60,212 nt of DNA, taken from Guillardia theta CCMP2712 (taxonomy: Eukaryota; Protista; Cryptophyta). The DNA lies in assembly GCF_000315625.1 (NCBI RefSeq), contig NW_005434554.1, forward strand, positions 1 through 60,212, read 5' to 3'. This document shows, one piece after another, positions 1 to 12,100 of this stretch. Both the position numbers and the translations under genes were made by a program. The notes under the pieces are model-generated. The model was not told the DNA's origin and did no database searches. It was given only the letters and a program-made list of their open reading frames with translations. Positions within the stretch are counted from its first letter, which is position 1. Every line of letters begins with the position of its first letter.

Positions 1-3000
1 ACGACTTCGTTCATAATGCTGGAGCGATCCTCTACCGTCGTGTGAAGGCTCCTGCACCGGCTGCAGATGGCGCGGCGATCCCACCTGCCCCGGCTGCTGT
101 GCCTGATGACGCAGGACGCCCCCCGGCATCTGTGGTACACATCCCTGGTTTGCGCGCTCTCGTCGACTCGTCTCATGAGCACTTCATTCCTCCGCCTGCG
201 CAGCGAAATGTGACCCCTCTTGTCATGCGCGTCTTCCCTCGCCATGTGCATGCTCGCGCTGCGCTGACCGCTCAGCAGCGTGATATCCTCACCTTGCACA
301 GCCGCAGGACACACTCGCTCAAGTCGCAGGATAGGGTCTTGCAGTCTACCATCTTCGCTAATTTTCCTGAGCGAGACCTGAGCCACTCTCCGATGCGAGT
401 CTCGAGCTACTATCGATCGGCGCGGAGCTGGCGAAGCGTCTCCGTCCCTCACTGTGACGTCGGGTGCCTCCGGCGGTACCGCTCGAGGTAGTCCTCCTCG
501 CTAGCCTCCGAGTCAGCGGTAGCCGAGTCAGCGGTAGCCGCCCGTGACGGCGGCGACGCCGCGGCAATGCCCAAGGACCGGCGTGACCCGACCGATGCCG
601 GGGAGGAAGCAGGCGAGCTCGGACCAGCAGCAAGCACCCCAGTGGTGTCGAGCTCTCCGGAGGCACCCGACGTCACAGTGAGGGACGGAGACGCCTCGCC
701 AGCTCCGCGCCGATCGTCGGGGCCACTCGAAGGGTGTCCGGCTGCCCTTTCTCCGTCCGCGGCCGCCCGCTTTGTGGCGGCAGCGGACGTCTCGACTGAC
801 AGTGGTCAGTCGGCTGCCTCCGGGTATCGCGTGTAAGGGATTTTATTCCTCCTGCATGCTCCTGCTGCTTGTTGCTTGATTGCTTGACCCTTAGGCTGCT
901 TGTCTGCGCGGCTTCGCGCTTGGGCTGGCGATGCCGCGTCTGGGTGCCAGCAGTGCTGGTTGTTTTCGGGCTTGTGTTTTGTGTGTGATTGTGCAGCTTC
1001 TCGCTGTGGACTGTGTACCTGCCGGTTCAGCTTGTTCCTGCTTTGTTTTGCTTGAGGCACTTTTTATCTTCTGCCAGTAAATCCTATACACCCCCATCGG
1101 AGTCGGAGACCTCCGGCGAAGACTCCGCGGGCGACTCGACAAAGTCCGAGGAGGAGCTGTCCTCTGGCTCGAGAAGTGCTTGCGCCCGCAAGGGCGTCAT
1201 GCGCCTCGCACCAGACAAGAGCGCTTCCAGCGTCAGCTGCATAGTGAGGCGCTGATAGGTGGCGGCGCGTTTGCGAGCCAAGACCTCAGCAGCAGGGCCG
1301 TCATCAGGCACGAAGTGCCGACTGTGTACCTGCCGGTTCAGCTTGTTCCTGCTTTGTTTTGCTTGAGGCACTTTTTATCTTCTGCCAGTAAATCCTATAT
1401 CCTCCTGGCGCTTGGGCTGGCGATGCCGCGTCTGGATGCCAGCAGTGCTGGTTCTTTTCGGGCTTGCGTTTTGTGTGTGATTGTGCAGCTTCTCGCTGTG
1501 CGCTGTGTGCCTGGAGGTTTAGCTTGATCCTGCTTTGTTTTGCTTGAGGCACTTTTTACCTTCTGCACTTTTTACCTTATGCCAGTAAATCCTCCCCCTT
1601 CTGCCAGTAAATCCTATCGCCCCGTGGGGGGAAGTCAACCTCGACGCCCTCCATGTTGCAGCGTCTGAGAAGATTCGCAAACATTGCGCTGCATATGCCA
1701 TGTTCAGCTTGTTCCTGCTTTGTTTTGCTTGAGGCACTTTTTACCTTCTGCCAGTAAATCCTATCTAAGTGCCCCAGGCGGACCCCCGGGCAACGCCGGC
1801 TCCTTGTCGGCGGCTGCCCTTTCTCCGTTCGCGACCGTCCGCTTTGTGGCGGCAGCGGACGTCTCGACTGACAGTGGTCAGTCGGCTGCCTCCGGGTATC
1901 GCGTCTAAGGGATTTTATTCCTCCTGCATGCTCCTGCTGCTTGTTGCTTGATTGCCTGACCCTTAGGCTGCTTGTCTGCGCGGCTTCGCGCTTGGGCTGG
2001 CGATGCCGCGTCTGGATGCCAGCAGTGCTGGTTCTTTTCGGGCTGCAGAAGGATTTACTGGCAGAAGGTAAAAAGTGCCTCAAGCAAAACAAGCTAAACC
2101 TGCTGGCACACAGCTCACAGCGAGGTGCCTGTCCACAGCGAGAAGCTGCACAAACACACACAAAACACACAAACACTTTTTACCTTCTGCCAGAAAATCC
2201 GTAGGAACACGGTACCGCTAGCCTCCGAGTCAGCGGTAGCCGAGACCAACACCGCCCGTGACGGCGGCGACGCCGCAGCAATGCCCAAGGACCGGCGTGA
2301 CCCGACCGATGCCGGGGAGGAAGCAGGCGAGCTCGGACCAGCAGCAAGCACCCCAGTGGTGTCGAGCTCTCCGGAGGCACCCGACGTCACAGTGAGGGAC
2401 GGAGACGCCTCGCCAGCTCCGCGCCGGTCGTCGGCGCCACTCGAAGGGTTTCCCCCAGCGGAGTCGGAGACCTCCGGCGAAGACTCCTCCTCGGGCGACT
2501 CGACAAAGTCCGAGGAGGAGCTGTCCTCTGGCTCGAGAAGTGCTTGCGCCCGCAAGGGCGTCATGCGCCTCGCACGCGCGTTTGCGAGCCAAGACCTCAG
2601 CAGCAGGGCGTCATCAGGCACGAAGTGCCGACGCTTGTGTTTTGTGTGTGTTTGTGCAGCTTCTCGCTGTGCGCTGTGTGCCAGGAGGTTTAGCTTGTTC
2701 CTGCTTTGTTTTGCTTGAGGCACTATTTACCTTCTGCCAGTAAATCTTCGTTTTGCACACAGCGCCACAGCGAGAAGCTGCACAAACACATACAAAACTT
2801 GAAAAAGCAAGACCAAAAGGGAACCAGCACTGCTGGCAACTGTCAGCAGACCCGGCACCGCCAGCCCACTCGCGAAGCCGCGCAGACCAGCAGGGAGGGT
2901 CAAGCAACAGTCTGTAGGAGGTTTAACAAGCAGCAGGAGCATGGGGACGTCCGAGATGAAACTCCCTTGGGCTGGCAGTGCAGGGTCTGGTTGCCAGCAG

Positions 3001-3600
3001 TGCTGGTTACTTTCGGTCTTATGTTTCGTGCGTTTGAGCCGCGTTTGTTGCTGTGTGCTCTCTGCCTGCCGCTTTTGCTTGTTGCTGCTTCCTTCTGCTT
3101 GAGGCACTTTAGAGGATCGCATCCTTATCCGCTCCAGCGTTATGAACGAAGTCGTGCGCCTGAACGAAAAAGGCACTTTTTACCGTACCTTCAGTGCCAG
3201 TAAATCCGTCGCCAGAGGATGCTTCTGGGCTCGGTGAGACCTCGAGCACTGAACGTCCAGGCTGTGAGGGTGCAAGCACTTCTCGAGCTCCTCCTCGGAC
3301 ATTGTCGAGTTCCGATGGAGGAAACATCCAGAGTGGAGCCGATGCGCCCACTGTCGGACGTCCGGCGGATGCCTCCGGAGAGCTCGACGCCACTGGGGTG
3401 CTTACAAGCGTCTTGAACATGAAGCCATGATGGCTTCGGAGAGCTCGACGCCACTGGAGTGCTCGCAGCTGGTCCGAGCTCACCTGCCGCAGTGCTTGCT
3501 CCCCACCAACTCGCCGCCGCGCTGCGTCGCCGTCACCGGCTCGGCAGCCCGGCACTGCGCGGCACTTTCTACCTTATGCGAGTAAACTCTCCAGCCCGGT
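1..3600. repeat. Mosaic of duplicated, reshuffled and inverted blocks; probable decayed mobile-element or repeat cluster
   Basis: About 501-734 recurs at about 2218-2449, about 739-970 at about 1811-2043, and about 1098-1322 at about 2459-2632. The core TGCTTGAGGCACTTTTTA(C/T)CTTCTGCCAGTAAATCC occurs many times, including inverted at 2051-2098. Bases 1-26 are nearly the reverse complement of about 3131-3156. No recognisable protein domain. Confidence 0.8.
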
Positions 3601-4054
3601 CCGCAGTGCGCCCGCTGAGTCCTGCCGCAGTGCTCAGCTGTGAGTAGGAACCTGGCAGAGTTTTACATGAGGCTTGTTGACGGAGTTTTGCTTAACCGGA
3701 CCGCGGCACTGGCACGCCGCTTGAAACAAGGATTGTGGAGCACACAGTCGGAGCCTCGGAGAGATAGACAGACGGTATGCTAGGATCGGATGTGAAACTG
3801 TCGCGGTCCAGACATGACTGGCCGGCTCCGAGGCTCAGCGGCAGAAGCCCGGCCCGGACGGCGGGGCCGGGACCGTCGGCGGAGGCCCGTCGCGAACCGG
3901 GAAACTGCCCGGTATGCGGGCCCGGTGCTGCTGAAGTACAGGAAGAAGTTGGAATGATCTGTAAATGATAATGTAAATTTCAAATTTTAGAACAGAATTT
4001 AAGAGACTGTTGTCAACCTGCAAGCAACATGCTTCCTCAAATGATTTTGAAGGA

Positions 4055-7000
4055 ATGGCGGGAGTGCTAACCATGGCTCCGGGGATGGGGAGGGCGCCGG
4101 CATCGCTCTCCATGCACCTCCTGCTCTGACCGCAGAAGAACTTGAGCGCAGTTGTGCCTGCCTTCTCTCTCTTGAGCTCATGTCCTGAGGGCGGTCCCCG
4201 GTCGGTAGCTAGTGGACTGAAGAGCCTGAGAAGGAAATGGCTACTCTCCCTCCTCCATCATCCCCAAGGAGCCATCAGCGCCCTCCCACACACTCGGATT
4301 ATTCGCAGGCTGGGAGGATCTGGAGTTCGTTGGGGTTCTTGTTAGACTACAGGCCCCAGGTGAAGGCGTGCAGATCGATTGACTGCTCGCATCTGACATG
4401 AATCACAGAAAGGTACTCACTCCCAGGACGGGGGGATCTTGGACCTTACAGCTGTCGGGCTCGGCAGATTTTGGAGGAACAGTGGAGAGCAGAAAGACAA
4501 GAATCTGCCAGGCTACTCACCTCACTTGATCTACAAGGTAACAGGGAGCGCTCTGCTCAAACGAAAGGATTTCTTTGCTGAGAAGGACGGCAGGTCAATC
4601 AACGTGTGTGCAGCCTTTTGATGGAGGGAGACGAGGTCGCTTCCGTAGATGGAGAGGTGGATGCTGTTGGTTGGACAACTGTCGAAGCTTACCTCTAGGG
4701 CCTTGTGTGCATCCCACAGGCCGTGTCGGAGAGGCGAGGAGAAGAACTCTGCCAGCTCCTGACCGAGAAGATCGACAAGGTCAAGGTCATCAAGCTCACG
4801 GTCTGTGGTCCCTCCGCTGAACCCGGCGATGTTGGTGATGTCTGGGGCAGATAATCAGGAGGATGGCTGGAGACAACTGGGGGGTGACGTCAAGGAACTT
4901 GGATGTTGTCATCTCCGTCAGCTCGTCTCGCAGGTTTTCTTGTGCGATCAATTCTACATCTCACTCCCCGAACCAGCAACATGTCGAGAGGTCAGCCCAG
5001 CGAGCCAAGAAATGTTCCCGACGATGTGATTGTTGAGGTTGCATGCCATGCCTGAATGAGACGCAGTCAGCACGTTCGACCAAGCCTTCTAGAGAGCAGC
5101 AAGCAGGACATACAAGTAACGCAAACTTGACGATTTGAAGGAAGATTTAATATGATACTAATAATCAGGTCTTGATCAAAGCGGATCAAGAGGTCGGAAA
5201 GTGTACGTTCCTGCCTGCTTCAAAGCAAACATGCCAGATTCGATGAAGGCAAGTGATCTTGTTGCTTGACTGAGTTTGACAAGCTCATCCAGGCTTCCAG
5301 AGTTCAGCGAGCAGGCGAAGGAACGCATAGCGAACGTGTACATTTGCCCGAAGAATCCTTCGAAAGAAACTTGAAGGGAGAAAGGAGGGAGAGATTGACT
5401 GATCGTGAGAAACGCGAGGAGGAAGAAGAAGAAATGAAGATCTTCAAGGGAGGGGAGTCAGCCATGGTGCGATCATTGCATGCTTTATGTGGTCGCTAAC
5501 CCTGCGATTGAATCAGCCATCAAGATGTGAAGAGAATCTGAACTCACAAGCAAACAGCATGCCTGGCATGCCACACGTCCTCACAGCCTTCATTGAGCAT
5601 TCTGTCCAGAGGTGCCAGGAGCATGTGCTCTCCCTCTGATCTCACTCTCAGTCGGTCTTGCTCTCTAGGTTGGGCAATGATTTGCATCAGAGCGACGTAG
5701 CTGAGGTCGCGCTTCCCTCGTGGATCAGACCGCTGATGCTCTATCAACCCAACGGCATGAACCCTCTCACGGTCTCGTTGCCTCTCGTCTTGCTTCTTGT
5801 GATGTCCCGACAGGATGGGATCGGACATCTTCACCGCGCCATCACCACGATGGCAGAGAGCAGTGAGTGTCGATGAGCACCAGTACCCCTTGCTGAGACG
5901 CCGCGATGGCAGGTATCCGAGAAGCTCAATTGCAGCAGCAGCAGCGGGAGCTCAGAGTGCAGGAAGAGGCGATGAGAGGGTGAGCGAGGGAGACGAGGAA
6001 AGTCTGTGTCAAGATGACGGATGTTGCATGTTTTACAGCAGACGTATTGGATTGGAATCGAGTCATGAGGCAGAGAGTGACGGGAAGGCTTATGACTCAG
6101 CGGAGGACGTGAGAGAATTTGACCCGTCACTTCCCCTGGTTTCACGCTCCTTGCAACAGCTCCTGAGACTAGAGGCCATCGGGACGGGGAGAGTTCAGTG
6201 CAAGGTGAGGGAATGAGGGTGAAGGGATCGACGAGGGGCGAGGAGATGACCAGAGCACGCAGAGCTTGAGTGAGCAAGACAAAGAGTTGGTGTGGCGGCA
6301 GAGGGAGAAGCTTGTCAAGTACCGTAGAGGGCTCCTGCCATTGTTTCACTCCACCTGCTGGCAGAGGGAGTCAGACGTTCGCAAGGTTCGACGCTCTTCC
6401 ATGCGTCCTGCCACCCTCTGGCATGACGACTGCCCGTCACTGCAGGTGCTCGAGCTGGTGGATGGCTGGGTGGAGCTGGAGGTCGACGATGCTCTGGAGC
6501 TGTTGGGGTCCAACTACAGCGTTGTCCCGATCCGTTCGCTAGCGATCCGCTCTCTCGACAAGGTTTGTCTGCAGCTGGAGGCGTGACGGGCTGAATGTGG
6601 GGGAAGGCAAGATGTGAGGAGGGACGGCAGGGCAGGGGACGGGAGGGGAGAGGTCAATGGAAAGCGACTCTGACGGAATTGGCTCAGGTGTCGGACGCGG
6701 AGTTGATGTGCTTCTTGATGCCTCTCACGATTGCGCTGCGATATGACGTTGTGGATTTGGGGGAGCAGGAGGATGGCGAGGAGAAGGGAAAAGAAGGGAC
6801 GGAGGAGGAGGAAGAGGCGGTTGGAATGCTGGCGAAGTTTCTCATTAGGAGGTCACTGCGCAACTCATCGATAGCCATGGCGTTCTACTGGCACCTTGTT
6901 GTCGAGAGATCGTGCGGGGGGAACTTCTCGCGCATGTACAGGAGAGTTCACGCGCTGCTGAGCAGAAGGCTGCAGGCATCCCAGATGCTGTTCGATGCAG

Positions 7001-9006
7001 GAGGGGGAGGGGTTGGAGGATCGCAATCGAGCTGGAAGGGGCTGAAGGTGCTAGAGGTGGTGCGGCAGCAGGAGCACTTCGTCGCTTCTCTCTCTGCTCT
7101 TGTGGCGGAAGTGAGAAAACACGGGAAGTTGTCGAGGCTGCAGCAGGTGGAACGACTGCGAGAAGCGATCTCACCCGAGGGAAACCTGAGCCACCTCGCC
7201 GACCTGGCTGTTCCTGTGCGGCTGCCGAATCAGAGCCATGTGGTTGTCTCAGGTGTGAGGAGGAAGAGGACGGGGTAGGGAGGAGAGGGAAAGGTGACCG
7301 AGAGATTTGATGCTGCAGGTATCATAGCTGACAAGACGACGATCCTCAAGAGCGCCATGATGCCGATCAAGCTGGTGTGCAGGAGGGAGGAGGCGAAAAG
7401 AGACAGGAGCGAGGACGACGACGAGGAAGAGCCGTCGAGGTGCCACACGGTGCTGCTGAAGAGCAGCAACGATCTCCGTCGAGACCAGCTGATCATCGCC
7501 TGCATCGACCTGATGGACATGCTGCTCAAGCGCGAGGGGTCGACCTGAACATCATCACCTACCGAGTCACTGCCACATCTCACAACCAGGTGAGGAGGAC
7601 GAGGATGTGGGACTGTGTGTGAGTGCGGAGATTGACTGGAAGGGGGGAGGAGAAAGGTGTTGAGTTAGGGGTGGTGGCGGAGGAAGAAGAGGAAGAAGTT
7701 GAAGTGGAGGAGGAGGAGGAGGAGGAGGAGGACGCGTGAGAAGGAGGAGGGAGTAGGAGTAGGAGTAGGAGTAGGAGGAAGGGCGGGGGGGGGGGGGGGA
7801 GGAGGGAGGGAGGAGTCGAGGTGGNNNNNNNNNNNNNNNNNNNNNNNNNNNNNNNNNNNNNNNNNNNNNNNNNNNNNNNNNNNNNNNNNNNNNNNNNNNN
7901 NNNNNNNNNNNNNNNNNNNNNNNNGTGGGGGGGGGGGAGAGAAGGAGGAGGATCAGGTGTTGACGAGGAGGGGCAGGGGCTGGTGGAGTGGGTTGAGGAC
8001 TCTTATGACCTCCAGCACATCCTCGACGAGTTTGCAGACATTCGCCTCTTCTTCCAGGCGCACGACCCGACCAACCGCCGGGTAACTGCCGAGCAGAGGG
8101 CGGAGAGGCGCAACAATCCCTTCGCCAGCATCCTCGCCAGCGGGTCCCCCGGCCCCGACGCTGCCGCCGAGCGCGCCAAGTTCAGCGAGGAGATCCTCGA
8201 CAAGTTCGTGCGCAGCTGCGCCGGGTACTGCGTGATCAGCTTCCTGCTGGGCATCGGGGACCGTCACCTTGAGAACCTGATGCTGACCACCGACGGGCGG
8301 CTCTTCCACATCGACTTCGAGTACATCCTGGGGCATGACCCCAAGCCCTTCGCGCCCCCCATGAAGCTCTCGGAGCAGATGGTAATGGCGATGGGAGGGA
8401 GGAGGTCGCGTCGCTACGTGGAGTTTCAGAAGGTGTGCTGCAAGGCGTACCTCATCCTCCGCCAGCACGCCAGGACCTTCCTCAACCTCCTCGACCTCTC
8501 CCGCGACCTCAACGCCAACCAGAATGCCCTGAGCTTCCGCAGCGGGCAGGAGCTCGAGGAGAGGTTTCAGCTCCACCTCACCCCGCAGGAGGCCGTCACG
8601 GTACTTCCTGCCTCCTCGTTGCTCTCCTGCTCTCTACTCCTCCGCCTCTCTTTCGCTCGATCTCTTTGCCAACCTGCTTGCTTGATCTGCTTCCCCGCAG
8701 CGATTCCTACTGCCTGCTCAGTCAGAAAGAGACCGTTTTTCTTTCGCTCTCCCTTTCTCAGTTGCTCCTCCCGTCGGTCCTCCTCTTTCTCTTTCCTTCC
8801 CTCGTCTCCCCCTTCCTTCTCTGCCTTCAATCCTCTTCGCCTTCCCCTTCTCTCCCTCTCACTTCCTCCCAGTACCTGCAGGAGGTCATTCACGAATCCG
8901 TCGGCGCGCTCTTCCCTCAGCTCGTCGATACGGTTCGTCTCCCTCCTCTCCTCCTCTCCTCACGTTCCTGCAGGTTCACAAGTGGCGGCAGTTCTTCAAG
9001 CAGTAG
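4055..9006 (+). CDS. VPS34: Class III phosphatidylinositol 3-kinase (Vps34-like), multi-exon; start approximate
   Basis: Helical-domain exons SEQDKELVWRQREKL, LEVDDALELL, ELMCFLMPLTIALRYD and AFYWHLVVE. Kinase motifs KSAMMPIKL, KSSNDLRRDQLI and SCAGYCVISFLLGIGDRHLENLMLTTDGRLFHIDFEYILGHDPKPFAPPMKL. Last exon VHKWRQFFKQ* ends at 9006. Confidence 0.9.
7825..7924. other. Assembly gap (100 N) inside a purine-rich Vps34 intron
   Basis: Run of N flanked by GGA repeats. Confidence 0.95.
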
Positions 9007-9113
9007 GAGGAGAGAGGCTCAGCTTTGTACTTTATTATCCGAGGAATGAAGACGTTGAAGGAGGAGGGAGGGGGAGGAGGAGGAGAGTGAAAGGAGGACC
9101 AAGACGCGTCGAG

Positions 9114-12100
9114 TCATTTCGCATCATACCAAGAATCGACTATCGCTCCGTCAACCTAGCACAGCCGTGAGTTCCACGTCCACTCGCTTTCTTCCTCCGC
9201 CCTCCCCATTTTCTCTCCAGGATCACCGGAAGGTCGACGAGGAGGGGGCGAGGGAAGGGATTTTCCATGCATTTCTTGACGATCCGAAAAACTTCTTCAG
9301 CATGATCTTCTGGTCCTGTAAGTGAGGCGAGTGAGGAGATGCGAAGAGAAGAGATGGAGGAGCAGAAGTAGGGGCACAGCGAGGAAGAGGGTCAAGGGGG
9401 AGAAGAACCTTCAAGGATGACCTCGTCGTGGATCTGGAGCACCATCTTCCATCCTCTTGCTCTGATCTGTCGACGCGAAGATGATCAGCATGGAGGTGAA
9501 GGAGCAGCAGGGGAGGCAGCTGACTCCCCTGCTTCCTCTTCAGCTGCCTCCCCTGCTCTCAACAAGTACTCCCTTACCCCTCCATCAGACTCTTCCTCCC
9601 TCCTGTCTCTAGCGAAATCTCCTTCTCTTCCTCCTCACCTCCTCGTTCCTCCAGATGTTCAGCATCGCCATGACAACGACATCTGCCGCTCCTCCTTGGA
9701 TCGGCGTGTTGATGGCAGCTCTCTGTGACAAAGTAACGTCCCCATCTCTTAGGTCTCCCCCCTCCTCCCCCCTCCCCCTCCCCCCTCCTCCCCCCCCCTC
9801 CTCCTCTTACTCCAGAAACCATAGCAACAGCAACAGCAAATCATCTTCCTCCGCCTACCTCTGCGTGCCCTCGAAGAACAGTGTTGTTGCTCCGCATGTC
9901 TGCCAAGTTTCTCCTCCTCCCCAGCAGCGTCTCTGTGTATCCCACCCTCCTCGCCTTTTTCTTCACTCCCTCCTGCCAGTCCTGCACTTCCTTCCTCGCG
10001 TTGTACCAGGCCTTGATCGTCTCCTGCGCCTCCTTCTGCGTGACCCCCCAGTCCTTGGCCAGCCCGACGCTGCACATCACTCAGAGGTCAGAGGCTGGAG
10101 GAGAGGAAGAGGGAAGGGGAAGGGGAAGAGGACGAGGTAGTGGATGGTGAAGAAGAACTGTCGGACTAGCAAGACAAGACCAGGAGACATGTAGGAGGAG
10201 GAGGAGAGCGGGGAGGAGGGAGGAGGGAGGAGGGAGGAGGGAGGAGGGAGGAGGGAGGAGGAGGAGGGAGGAGGAGGGAGGAGGAGGGAGGACCAGCTAC
10301 ATTGAAATACAAACAAATTCGCACTCATTCGTCTCATGCCACAATCGCACATTCCCATTGAGTCGCGGCNNNNNNNNNNNNNNNNNNNNNNNNNNNNNNN
10401 NNNNNNNNNNNNNNNNNNNNNNNNNNNNNNNNNNNNNNNNNNNNNNNNNNNNNNNNNNNNNNNNNNNNNNNNNNNNNNNNNNNNNNNNNNNNNNNNNNNN
10501 NNNNNNNNNNNNNNNNNNNNNNNNNNNNNNNNNNNNNNNNNNNNNNNNNNNNNNNNNNNNNNNNNNNNNNNNNNNNNNNNNNNNNNNNNNNNNNNNNNNN
10601 NNNNNNNNNNNNNNNNNNNNNNNNNNNNNNNNNNNNNNNNNNNNNNNNNNNNNNNNNNNNNNNNNNNNNNNNNNNNNNNNNNNNNNNNNNNNNNNNNNNN
10701 NNNNNNNNNNNNNNNNNNNNNNNNNNNNNNNNNNNNNNNNNNNNNNNNNNNNNNNNNNNNNNNNNNNNNNNNNNNNNNNNNNNNNNNNNNNNNNNNNNNN
10801 NNNNNNNNNNNNNNNNNNNNNNNNNNNNNNNNNNNNNNNNNNNNNNNNNNNNNNNNNNNNNNNNNNNNNNNNNNNNNNNNNNNNNNNNNNNNNNNNNNNN
10901 NNNNNNNNNNNNNNNNNNNNNNNNNNNNNNNNNNNNNNNNNNNNNNNNNNNNNNNNNNNNNNNNNNNNNNNNNNNNNNNNNNNNNNNNNNNNNNNNNNNN
11001 NNNNNNNNNNNNNNNNNNNNNNNNNNNNNNNNNNNNNNNNNNNNNNNNNNNNNNNNNNNNNNNNNNNNNNNNNNNNNNNNNNNNNNNNNNNNNNNNNNNN
11101 NNNNNNNNNNNNNNNNNNNNNNNNNNNNNNNNNNNNNNAGGAGAAGAAGATATGGGAAAAAAAAAACAAACACCACAGATCGAAAAGTAAAATAAAGGGA
11201 CTATCTTTTTGTTTGCCGTGTGAGGGAGGAAGTACATGCGAGCAGGCACAGCTACACACGAACAAAGCCAACGGCACCACATCCCCCAGAGCTGGAGTAA
11301 TTGCAGTCGACATAGTGGTGGTGAGGGAGGGAGGGAGGGAGGGAGGAAGCGAGGAGACCTTGTAAACATCCTTCTCGAGGGCAGGCTGGTTCTGCAGGTT
11401 GGGCCTCTTGGAGGAGAGGCGGCCAGTCTCGGTGTTGAGGTTGAGGGCCGTGTGTATCCTGCCGTGCTGGTCCGTCATCTCCGGCAGGGGGATGAGGAAA
11501 GTGCTCAGAAGCTTCTCCACGTTCTCCGACTCGAGGAGGAAGCCAAGGGCCTCGCAGACCTCCTTGCCGAAGTCTCCCTCCCCAAGGTCCTTGAAGGCTG
11601 TCCCGTACCGCGGAGGATCGGCGAAGGGCTTCCCAGCTAGGGTTGAGATGACGCTCCCTGAAGGGACAGCGGTCAGAGGAGGAGCAAGGGGAGGGGAAAA
11701 GCGAGGAGAGATCAGCAGGTAAGAGTGATGATGCAGAACGAAATAGAGGCTGGGAGGAGGTCAAGGAGGAGGCGGGAGGATGGAGGAGGCAGAAGGAGGA
11801 GGCGGGAGGATGGAGGAGGCAAAAGGAGGAGGCGGGAGGATGGAGGAGGCAAAAGGAGGAGGCGGGAGGATGGAGGAGGCAAACGGAGGCTTAGGAGTCG
11901 ATTCTGCTGTGACCTGAGGTCGACGCTTGTCCAGCGGGGGTGTAGGAGACAGGAGAGAGGCCGAGGCCCTTGAGTCTGATCTCTCGGGTGGCTCTGGGTT
12001 CACTTCTCCCCTCCTCGAGGAAGCCTTCAGTGTTGTCGATGGTGAAGGTCTTGTAGTGCTCCTCCTCCGCCTCCTCCACAGCCTTCGCCAGCCCCTTGTC

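Noticed and set aside
1026-2746. CRISPR-like array of the recurring core
   Set aside because: The intervening sequences are long, irregular and mutually repeated, one copy is inverted, there are no cas genes, and the context is eukaryotic.
42-3650. Numerous ORFs (MPQAKQSR.., MPKDRRD..)
   Set aside because: They are translations of the repeat blocks, overlap in many frames and contain no domain.
10077-11365. Long ORFs containing poly-X
   Set aside because: Artefacts of the N gap.
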